From positions 1 to 34,899 of the forward strand of contig PRDI01000027.1 of NCBI GenBank assembly GCA_003345595.1: 34,899 nucleotides of DNA, written 5' to 3'. Shown one piece after another: positions 9,001 to 16,660 of the stretch (position 1 is its first letter; each line of letters opens with the position of its first letter). The translations under genes and the position numbers were made by a program. The stretch is from Candidatus Thorarchaeota archaeon. Its GTDB lineage: Archaea > Asgardarchaeota > Thorarchaeia > Thorarchaeales > Thorarchaeaceae. Under the pieces are notes generated by a model. The model searched no databases. It was given only the letters and a program-made list of their open reading frames with translations, and was not told where the DNA came from.

Positions 9001-9207
9001 TTTGGTGCCTCCTCAGAGCGATATCTTCTGGATATCCTTCAGAGGTTCAACCACTATCATATTGGGTCAGACTTGGTGACATGCGGCTTCATGAGTTTGC
9101 GTATAGAGGTTTATCATCCATCATTGTTGTCGAAAGATTTATCTCTCGTAGCAGGGCCGAGAGCGCGGAATGGCGCTTCTGCCGGACTGTGAGCCTTTCC
9201 AACGAAA

Positions 9208-9317
9208 GCCCCAGTAGCTCAGCTGGTTAGATCGCCTCCTTGGTAAGACGGCTTGACACTTAGTCTGGCCTCACATGCAGGAGGAAGTCGCGAGTTCGAA
9301 TCTCGCCTGGGGCTCCA
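9208..9317 (+). tRNA. tRNA-Thr(GGU) with 33-nt intron at 37/38 (9246-9278); CCA encoded
   Basis: Acceptor GCCCCAG/CTGGGGC, discriminator T, anticodon stem CCTCC/GGAGG, anticodon GGT at 9242-9244, T-arm GCGAG-TTCGAAT-CTCGC. Confidence 0.93.
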
Positions 9318-9393
9318 TCATCTCTTCGCTTGCTTCTTGCTTGAATAGGGCCGGTAATCTCATGAGCATCATCGGAGCTGCACAATATGCGGT

Positions 9394-9666
9394 CTAGTCT
9401 TCTGACAGGCTGTCTTTCTTCTCTCTATTCTTCCTCTGGGTCGCCAGGCGCTGAGCCAGGAGTCGCTTGGCCTGTTCTGGTCCCACAATCTCGCTCAGCT
9501 TTTCTAGGGCACCAGGTTCGTCAGCTTTGTCCAGCCACTTTTCAATCTCTCTCTGGAGCGATGGTGAGAGGTCTTTCGCCAGTTTCTTGGTCCGACCCTT
9601 GCGGTCCAGTCCAAAATCGTCAGGCCCGAGAAGGCTCATTTCTAGTCGTTTCATCATACTCATCAA
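9394..9666 (-). CDS. Small charged hypothetical protein (5' end uncertain, possibly frameshifted)
   Basis: 90-aa K/E/R-rich, helical-looking ORF filling the gap between tRNA-Thr and the GH31 gene. No family recognised. Confidence 0.5.
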   Translation of the reverse strand: MMSMMKRLEMSLLGPDDFGLDRKGRTKKLAKDLSPSLQREIEKWLDKADEPGALEKLSEIVGPEQAKRLLAQRLATQRKNREKKDSLSED

Positions 9667-9812
9667 GAGGTTATGGCTTTTCCTTCACCTTGCTTTTTCG
9701 TGTTGTTCTTCGTGGACTGGGCACCGCCACTGACACATCATTCTCAGACAGCTCATACCAGGCCGTTTGAACGAGGCCCGATTCACTTCGCAACTGACAA
9801 AAGGGATTAACC

Positions 9813-12224
9813 ATGCGCCGATATGCGGAGTATCCAGAGTTGAACGGAAGCATCGGCAAGGTCATTCACGTCCAGCGTGACGCCAACATCTTCGAGTTTC
9901 AATGCACAGGTGGCAAGTCAAGGATAACGATACTTGCTCCCAGAATCATCCGTGTTCAGGCAACGCAGGATGACGAGTACCGCCGTTACGAATCCTTCGC
10001 CACGGTCGGCTACTCCGAGCCAGTTCCTGTCGAAGAAGAAGACCACGAAGACCGCAAGGTCATCTCTGGAGAGCACTTTAGACTGGAAGTGATGCTCAAT
10101 CAGTTTGTCCTTCGGCTGCTAGACTCTTCTCGAAGTGTCATTCAGGAGGACTTGCCATCGGGTGGTGTTGTCTGGAGCGGGAATGGGTTCGAATGCAGGA
10201 AGCGCATGCTGGGGAATGAGCATTTTTACGGCACGGGCGAGAAGGCTCATGGTCTGGACAAGAGAGGCCTTCACTATGAGATGTGGAATACTGACAACGG
10301 CGATCACGACTCAAAGACAGACCCCCTCTACCAGAGCATTCCCTTCTTCATAGTCTTTCGTGAGGGCGTTGCTCACGGCATCTTCTTGGACAACACATAT
10401 CGGACTGAACTCGATTTCGGTCTAAGAAACCCGAGCTATTACTCTTTCTCCGCGCCAAACGGTCCTCTGGACTACTACCTGTTTCTAGGGCCGAGGATCA
10501 GTGATGTTGTTGAGGAATACACCTCATTGACAGGGAAACCCTGCTTTGTGCCTCGCTGGGCGCTTGGACATCAACAATCGCGTTTCATGGAATACAGGAA
10601 CGAAGAGGACGTCCTCAGCGTAGCTCGGAACCTGCGCAATCACAGGATTCCATGTGACACCATGGTGCTTGACATCGGGTATATGAACGAGTGCCGAGTG
10701 TTCACCTGGGACCAGAAGGTGTTTTCCGACCCAAAGGCATTCACAAGCAGCTTGGCCCGAATGGGGTTCAAAGTGATGACTATAATTGATCCGGGCGTGA
10801 AGCTTGAAGACGGGTACTTCATGTACGATGAAGGCGTACGAGCCGGCTATTTTCTGGCGAAGGAGAATGGGTCTCTGTATGTGGGGTTAGTATGGGCTGG
10901 CGAAACAGTCTTCCCCGATTTTTCACGATCCGAGGTAAGAGCATGGTTTGGGTCGAAATACAAGATGCTTGCAGATTCTGGTACAAGCAATAGCAGTTGG
11001 ATCGATATGAATGAACCAAGCAACTGCATCTACGATAAGCTGAAAGACGAGTACTCGATGGTGGATGTAGTGGACTGCCAAGGAAACCCTTGGGAGGCAA
11101 GACTGCGTAACGTCTATGCACTTGGCATGGCTCAAGCTGTCTTCGGGGGTCTGAAAGACGCATTCCCCGGCAAGAGGCCCTTCATCCTGACACGATCAGG
11201 ATTTGCAGGATACCAGCGCTACGCGGCAATGTGGACTGGTGATAACCACTCCACTTGGGACATGCTATGGCTCTCCATTCCGATGCTTCTTAATCTTGGT
11301 CTGTCGGGAGTGCCGTTTTGCGGCGCTGACATCGGTGGTTTTGGAGGAGATACGACACCCGAGCTGCTTGCACGCTGGTATCAGCTAGGTGCATTCTATC
11401 CGTTCTCTAGGAACCACTCCGACATTCGGTCCATAAGGCAGGAGCCTTGGCTCTTCGGTGAGGAAGCGGAGAGCGTGGCGCGTGACTCCGTGTCTTTCAG
11501 ATATCTCCTCATGCGATACTTCTACTCTCTTGCTAAGACTGCTAGCACAAGCGGCATTCCAATCATGCGTCCTCTGGTCTTGGAGTTTCAAGATGATCCT
11601 GCAACATATACCCTTGACACACAATTCATGATTGGGCCCTTCTTGATGGTGGCTCCCGTTCTCGAAGAAGGTGCGAATTCACGCGAGGTATACTTCCCGC
11701 GAGGAAGATGGTATGACTTGTGGACAGACACGAGCATTGAGGGGCCACAGAGTCTTCGGGTAGATGCACCGTTCGACAGAATACCCGTCTACCTGCGCGC
11801 GGGTTCCATCATTCCAACCGGGCGTATTGTTCAGAACACAGATGAAGATCAAGGGGACCTAGTCCTCTGGGTCTACCCGGGTGGTACAAGCACTACGGCG
11901 GTCTTCGAAGATGACGGTATTTCGGATAATGAACAGAGTTGCGAAACAACTTTCGCCCAGGATTCGACGGATGATAGAGTGGTAGTTACAATCGACAAGA
12001 GAAAGGGTCGCTGGAAGCCGGCTGAACGATCACTCGTCCTTGAAGTAAAGGGGTTGACAAGGCCGAAGTCGGTCGAAGCTGACGGAAAGCGAGTGTTGCA
12101 GGAGAAGACGGTTGCTGGACTCGAGAAGCGCTCTCCCTCGTCATTCTATGACCTGGCTCACAAGACACTTCACATGAAACTCAAAGATGACGGAAACTCT
12201 CACAAAATCTCTCTGGTCTTGTGA
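9813..12224 (+). CDS. Glycoside hydrolase family 31 alpha-glucosidase
   Basis: LYQSIPF, PRWALG, IIDPG, nucleophile motif WIDMNEP, acid/base WTGDN, GADIGGF, FYPFSRNH, QEPW. No evident signal peptide. Confidence 0.95.
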   Translation: MRRYAEYPELNGSIGKVIHVQRDANIFEFQCTGGKSRITILAPRIIRVQATQDDEYRRYESFATVGYSEPVPVEEEDHEDRKVISGEHFRLEVMLNQFVLRLLDSSRSVIQEDLPSGGVVWSGNGFECRKRMLGNEHFYGTGEKAHGLDKRGLHYEMWNTDNGDHDSKTDPLYQSIPFFIVFREGVAHGIFLDNTYRTELDFGLRNPSYYSFSAPNGPLDYYLFLGPRISDVVEEYTSLTGKPCFVPRWALGHQQSRFMEYRNEEDVLSVARNLRNHRIPCDTMVLDIGYMNECRVFTWDQKVFSDPKAFTSSLARMGFKVMTIIDPGVKLEDGYFMYDEGVRAGYFLAKENGSLYVGLVWAGETVFPDFSRSEVRAWFGSKYKMLADSGTSNSSWIDMNEPSNCIYDKLKDEYSMVDVVDCQGNPWEARLRNVYALGMAQAVFGGLKDAFPGKRPFILTRSGFAGYQRYAAMWTGDNHSTWDMLWLSIPMLLNLGLSGVPFCGADIGGFGGDTTPELLARWYQLGAFYPFSRNHSDIRSIRQEPWLFGEEAESVARDSVSFRYLLMRYFYSLAKTASTSGIPIMRPLVLEFQDDPATYTLDTQFMIGPFLMVAPVLEEGANSREVYFPRGRWYDLWTDTSIEGPQSLRVDAPFDRIPVYLRAGSIIPTGRIVQNTDEDQGDLVLWVYPGGTSTTAVFEDDGISDNEQSCETTFAQDSTDDRVVVTIDKRKGRWKPAERSLVLEVKGLTRPKSVEADGKRVLQEKTVAGLEKRSPSSFYDLAHKTLHMKLKDDGNSHKISLVL

Positions 12225-12336
12225 CGGTTTCCATTCTCTCACACAGAGGGCAAGAGCGATTGGCGTGAATGAGAATCATCTTGATGTTCACTATCCTCCC
12301 GCGACACAGATTGCTGGTTCACAGAGCCCGTTAGTC

Positions 12337-12342
12337 TTATAT
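12337..12342 (+). promoter_or_regulatory. TATA box of tRNA-Pro
   Basis: TTATAT about 28 nt upstream of the tRNA 5' end. Confidence 0.65.
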
Positions 12343-12369
12343 CTGCTGCAATCTGTGAACCCGCTGAAT

Positions 12370-12477
12370 GGGTCGGTTGTCTAGCTTGGCTATGATTCTT
12401 GGTTTGGGACGGACCAAGTTGTCCTTGGCTCGCTGAGTTCCAAGAGGTCGCCGGTTCAAATCCGGCCCGGCCCACCA
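12370..12477 (+). tRNA. tRNA-Pro(UGG) with 30-nt intron at 37/38 (12409-12438); CCA encoded
   Basis: Acceptor GGGTCGG/CCGGCCC, anticodon stem CTTGG/CCAAG, anticodon TGG at 12405-12407, G37, T-arm GCCGG-TTCAAAT-CCGGC. Confidence 0.94.
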
Positions 12478-12573
12478 GCTCACCACTTCGCATGGTACTA
12501 CGCAAGTTTACCACTTTATAGTTCGGCAATAGTCGAAATACTTATCTTGGAATCGTCGTATTTTCCTCTTGGA

Positions 12574-13299
12574 ATGTCGGCTCAGGTGTCAATCCGTGAG
12601 CAGCTTGCGCGCCGGATGGCGGGTGAGATTGCTCTGTCAGAGCACCCTGGACAGGCAATGCGCATCTGGCGAGAGCGTTTCAGATTGCCACAGATTGTCT
12701 TGGCAGAGTTCCTAAACATCAGTCCCAGTGTGATTAGCGATTACGAGTCAGGTCGCCGGAAGTCTCCAGGCACGTCCACAATAAGACGCTTCGTCATGGC
12801 ATTGCTCACGCTTGATGAGCGGAATGGTGGACAGGTGATTGCTGCCTTTGCTAGACTAATGGATGTAAGTCTTGTCGACCTGAACATCGTACTGGCAATG
12901 AGTGATTTCTCCGCTCCTGTGACCTGCGGAGAGTTCTGCAAGCGACTGAAATGTGAGATCCTCTCAGGAAAGAGTCTACTGAACAGACAGATCTATGGCT
13001 ACACTCTCGTGGATGTGGAACGAGCTGTCAGAGAGCTGAGCAGTGATGCTTTCCTGAAGCTGTTCGGAGCTACGACCGAACGCTGTCTCATATTCACAAA
13101 GGTATCTACAGGGCGTGCACCGATGATTGCCATAAAGTCCCAAGAGTTCAAGCCAGTCTTGGTTGTCTTCCATGGTGTCACCGAGGTTGATCGTCTGGCC
13201 ATAGAGCTCTCAGAGCAGATGAAGATCCCTCTGGGTGTGAGCAAGATCAGTTCTATTGATACACTAATCAAGGAACTTCAGACTGTGAAGCCCGCCTAG
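12574..13299 (+). CDS. Archaeal XRE-family HTH transcriptional regulator (COG1709-like)
   Basis: MAGEIALSEHPG, HTH Q..LA..L.ISPSVISDYESGRRKSPG, GATTERCLIFTKVSTGRAPMIAIK. ATG 12574 preferred over TTG 12547. Confidence 0.88.
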   Translation: MSAQVSIREQLARRMAGEIALSEHPGQAMRIWRERFRLPQIVLAEFLNISPSVISDYESGRRKSPGTSTIRRFVMALLTLDERNGGQVIAAFARLMDVSLVDLNIVLAMSDFSAPVTCGEFCKRLKCEILSGKSLLNRQIYGYTLVDVERAVRELSSDAFLKLFGATTERCLIFTKVSTGRAPMIAIKSQEFKPVLVVFHGVTEVDRLAIELSEQMKIPLGVSKISSIDTLIKELQTVKPA

Positions 13300-14213
13300 C
13301 CGAGAATGAGTTTCAGTATTGCCATTCTCGTCACAACACCGCTGTGCACCTGTTCGAAGTACTTGGCTTGGGGCGTCGAATCGACTTCCGGGTCTATCTC
13401 ATCAACTCTTGGTAGAGGGTGGAGTATGATTGCATCGTCACGCATCAAACCCACCTCCTTTAGACCGAGTCGAAACTTCCCCTTTAGGGCATCATACTCT
13501 CTGACGTCCGGGAATCTCTCCTTCTGAATACGGGTCATGTAGACCACGTCCACGTCCTTCAGACCTTCTTCCAAGGTGTCGACTTCTGTGACCCGGAGGC
13601 CCGCTTCCTTCATCTCAGCGATTACTGCAGGCTTCATCCTTAGCGGTGGCGGAGCCACAAGCTTGACTGTGACATCGTAGTGTGAGAGTGCCATGCCAAG
13701 TGAATGTACTGTACGACCGTACTTGAGATCCCCGCATAGAGAGATTGAGATTCCATCTATCTTTCCCTTGAGCTTCTTTATCGAGTACAAGTCAAGCAAG
13801 GCTTGGGTGGGATGTTCTTCCGATCCACTCCCTGCATTTATGACGGGTATCTTGGAGAACTCTGCGGCTACTCTTGCGGACCCGTCAAGATTGTGACGGA
13901 TGACTATAACATCAGCATAGCGCTCGACTGTACGAATGGTGTCTGCAAGGGTCTCTCCCTTTCCTCCTGCGCTCGAAACGGCCACATCCGCGAAGCCGAG
14001 GACACTCCCACCGAGCCTGAACATAGCACTCTCGAATGACAGTCGTGTTCTCGTAGAGGGTTCGAAGAACAGGCAGGCCATTATCTTTCCTTCCAGGTCC
14101 TTGCTCTTCTTTATCGCGACCTGCTCCATCTTCGCTGAGTGCTCAAGTATGAGATCGATGTCTTGCCGTGTGAGGTCTAGTATACTAATCAGGTTGTGAA
14201 GTCGCCCTATCAT
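13296..14213 (-). CDS. pyrB: Aspartate carbamoyltransferase catalytic subunit
   Basis: FFEPSTRT, KGETLADT, HPTQALLD, GDLKYGRTVHS, RIQKERF, HPLPR. Confidence 0.98.
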   Translation of the reverse strand: MIGRLHNLISILDLTRQDIDLILEHSAKMEQVAIKKSKDLEGKIMACLFFEPSTRTRLSFESAMFRLGGSVLGFADVAVSSAGGKGETLADTIRTVERYADVIVIRHNLDGSARVAAEFSKIPVINAGSGSEEHPTQALLDLYSIKKLKGKIDGISISLCGDLKYGRTVHSLGMALSHYDVTVKLVAPPPLRMKPAVIAEMKEAGLRVTEVDTLEEGLKDVDVVYMTRIQKERFPDVREYDALKGKFRLGLKEVGLMRDDAIILHPLPRVDEIDPEVDSTPQAKYFEQVHSGVVTRMAILKLILG

Positions 14214-14292
14214 ATGTCACTCCTCTGGCATCTCAGGCAGGGCATGTGTGTGCCACTCTTTAAGGTTTTCAGCCCGTGTCCAATCGATTTGC

Positions 14293-14775
14293 TCAATCTC
14301 GCTTGCCGACGCTTCGACCGTAGTTACGCACCACATCCACATGTCTCACATTCAGACCTGCTTCCTTTGCGAGCTGCGCTGCTAGGTCGTCTTCATACTC
14401 CTCGATGTAGACAATCTCAACGATTCCTGCGTTAATCAGCATCTTCGTGCATATGCTGCAGGGTCGAGTAGTACAATACATGCTCCCATCCCTGACACTC
14501 ACACCATGGTAGGCCGCTTGGATGATCGCATTCTGTTCCGCATGTAGGCCTCGACAGAGTTCGTGACGTTCTCCGGGTTTCACAGCTAGCTTCTGCCTGA
14601 TACACCCAACGTCCTCACAGTGTGGCAGTCCTTTCGGTGCGCCATTGTAACCCGTAGAGAGTATTTGTGACTCCTTTACAATTACTGCGCCTACTTGGTT
14701 CCTCAGACATGTGCTCCTTGATGATACAAGATCGGCGATTTCAGCGAAGTATACATCCTTGCTCTTTCGCGCCAA
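14293..14775 (-). CDS. dCMP deaminase (cytidine/deoxycytidylate deaminase family)
   Basis: RSTC..QVGAVIV, TGYNG, zinc motifs HAEQNA and PCSIC. Confidence 0.93.
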   Translation of the reverse strand: MARKSKDVYFAEIADLVSSRSTCLRNQVGAVIVKESQILSTGYNGAPKGLPHCEDVGCIRQKLAVKPGERHELCRGLHAEQNAIIQAAYHGVSVRDGSMYCTTRPCSICTKMLINAGIVEIVYIEEYEDDLAAQLAKEAGLNVRHVDVVRNYGRSVGKRD

Positions 14776-14948
14776 GAGTCTTTTCTCCTTGGTCGTCAGC
14801 CGTGTCGTTGGCGGCTCAATGACTTATCAATCTCATTGTTGAATTCAACTCTCAGTACGTTTACGGTCCAATAGAATGATAAAGGTAAAAAGAAAACCAT
14901 CCTCTCGTTGGGAGACCTCCCGCAAGTGGACAATGCTAGGGACATGCC

Positions 14949-15299
14949 ATGAAGAAACACAAAGACACGGTCATAGTCTGGCCCGCGTATCTCGATGCAA
15001 ATCTGACAAGGGCTCGGGGACGCAGAATTCCAGCTAACCTAGCAGCGCCTGATGTCACAGTCGAGATGCTGGAGGCGGCTGCAGATGCTGCGGGTTTTGA
15101 ATCGGAGGTCGCGCCCGATAAGCGCTATCCCCGCAACTGGTCAGGAAACAGTGGTCAGATTCTTCTGAAGAACCAGGAAGGGCACAAGAAGAAACGACTG
15201 CTTTTGGTGCTGGCTAAAGGTGTCCGGAGAGTTGCGGCTCAACGCGAGTCTGAACGACAAGCAGCCGAGATCAAGAAGACAAAGAAGAAGCGGCGCTAA
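14949..15299 (+). CDS. srp19: Signal recognition particle 19 kDa protein
   Basis: IVWPAYLD...GRRIP, DKRYPR.W, K..LL...AK. Confidence 0.93.
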   Translation: MKKHKDTVIVWPAYLDANLTRARGRRIPANLAAPDVTVEMLEAAADAAGFESEVAPDKRYPRNWSGNSGQILLKNQEGHKKKRLLLVLAKGVRRVAAQRESERQAAEIKKTKKKRR

Positions 15300-15330
15300 C
15301 AGGCTCTCTAATACGAGGTGTGACTACAGG

Positions 15331-15561
15331 TTGAGACGACTTGGCAAGGTTCTTCACACATCACGGCGGGGACATATTATACTCAGAACCGACAAGACTC
15401 CTCCTGTCGGTGCGGAGGTTGTTGACAAGAATGTTGATGTCGTAGGAACTGTTGCGGATGTCTTTGGACCGGTGAAACTCCCCTATGTTTCGGTGCGCGT
15501 CAAGGAGGGTGTTGACGCGACGAAACTGATGGGCCAGCCACTATACCTGTATAAAACATGA
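15331..15561 (+). CDS. gar1: H/ACA RNP component Gar1
   Basis: MRRLGKVLH...VGTVADVFGPVKLPYVSV. TTG start at 15331 follows a GAGGTG RBS. Confidence 0.92.
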   Translation: MRRLGKVLHTSRRGHIILRTDKTPPVGAEVVDKNVDVVGTVADVFGPVKLPYVSVRVKEGVDATKLMGQPLYLYKT

Positions 15562-15693
15562 TGTACACATCAGTACATAGACGGCTCAGACCGTACAAAG
15601 ACTGTCGCCCGAAACTTGTGCATTCCGAACACTTAATTTGGGACCGTGTATGTAGTTTGATGTTGTCACGTGTCCAGCCTAAGGGTTATTCCA

Positions 15694-16038
15694 ATGAACG
15701 GTGTAGCTGACCTTGTACTCAGGGCCCTGCGCGACGCAGGCCGTGGGGGTCTGCTCGCTGAAGAACTGACGCAAAGGTTAGACATCGACTACCAAGTGAT
15801 AATGCCGACTATCGAGAACATGTTGGCAGAGGGAATAGTGGTGCAAGAGCAAGAAGTCGAGAACCCGAGATACTTTATGAAGACCCAGTTGGACGATGAG
15901 GCTGGCCATCTCTCTGACTTGAATGGGTGTCCTTGTTTTCATTGTCTAAGGATAGACCGGTGCGGTGTGAGACAGCCAGACTCACCTGTGATATGCAGGA
16001 GTCTCGAAGAGTGGGTTGTTAGTTCCGAGTCTGACTAA
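15694..16038 (+). CDS. RPC34-like winged-helix / Fe-S protein (TFE beta subunit homologue)
   Basis: N-terminal winged HTH, C-terminal PCFHC-x5-C...SPVIC..LEEW four-Cys motif. Lies between gar1 and trm1, the known neighbourhood for this family. Start is ATG 15694 or GTG 15670. Confidence 0.8.
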   Translation: MNGVADLVLRALRDAGRGGLLAEELTQRLDIDYQVIMPTIENMLAEGIVVQEQEVENPRYFMKTQLDDEAGHLSDLNGCPCFHCLRIDRCGVRQPDSPVICRSLEEWVVSSESD

Positions 16039-16655
16039 GCAGCCCCGTTTCGAACTCGTTTCTTGATTGGGTGCTCAGCCAAGAGATAGATCTCCGCACT
16101 CGTTTTTCTTGAGGCCTCAGGCTTGATGAGCCTGACTGATTGAAATGTGGTCCGAACCGATTGTACGAACTCCTGAAACCCCTTCCCCTGAAACACCTTG
16201 AGGAACACCTTTCCTCTTCCACTGAGCAACCTCAACGCAATCTCGATGGTGACTTCGGCTAGAAACAGTTGTCTAGCAACGTCGAGTTCCCAATTTCCGC
16301 TCACGTTCGGAGAGCAATCCGAGAGAACAAGATCTACAGACCCGCCTGTGCTTCTCTCAATACTCTCGAGAGTTTCAGGTGCTGTGATGTCCCCTTGAAT
16401 AAAGGCAACTCCTTCTATTGGCAACATCGCACTGAGATCTACTGCAACTATCTCGAGACTCGCATTAATCTCATGCAAGACCTGTGTCCACCCCCCGGGG
16501 CAGCAACAGAGTTCCAACACCTTGTTCACTCCCTTCAGGAGTTTGTGCTCCCCTATGGCCTGCTTGATCTTGTATGCAGACCTGCTGCGATATCCTTCCT
16601 TCTTGGCCGCCCTGTAGTAGTGTTCCTTCTTGCGATCTTCCTTTGGCCTACCCAT
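16035..16655 (-). CDS. rlmE: RlmE/FtsJ-family RNA 2'-O-methyltransferase
   Basis: YYRAAKKEGYRSRSAYK, PGGWTQ, QGDIT, LSDCSPNVSG, KVFQG, KPEASRKTSAEIY. K-D-K-E tetrad intact. Confidence 0.94.
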   Translation of the reverse strand: MGRPKEDRKKEHYYRAAKKEGYRSRSAYKIKQAIGEHKLLKGVNKVLELCCCPGGWTQVLHEINASLEIVAVDLSAMLPIEGVAFIQGDITAPETLESIERSTGGSVDLVLSDCSPNVSGNWELDVARQLFLAEVTIEIALRLLSGRGKVFLKVFQGKGFQEFVQSVRTTFQSVRLIKPEASRKTSAEIYLLAEHPIKKRVRNGAA

Positions 16656-16660
16656 AGATA

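Noticed and set aside
9013-9060. 15-codon minus-strand ORF (MIVVEPLKDIQKISL) abutting the mch RBS
   Set aside because: Too short to support. It might be a gene remnant but no family is recognisable.
9138-9207. Hairpin GAGCGC/GCGCTT upstream of tRNA-Thr, and a weak one upstream of tRNA-Ile
   Set aside because: Short GC-rich stems in pre-tRNA leaders are expected by chance, and there is no convincing shared motif.
9318-12369. Possible integrated element between tRNA-Thr and tRNA-Pro
   Set aside because: No integrase, and I could not find a duplicated tRNA 3' end (att site).
12239-12529. 96-aa minus-strand ORF
   Set aside because: Antisense shadow of tRNA-Pro; GRAGFEPAT is a typical reverse-translated T-arm.
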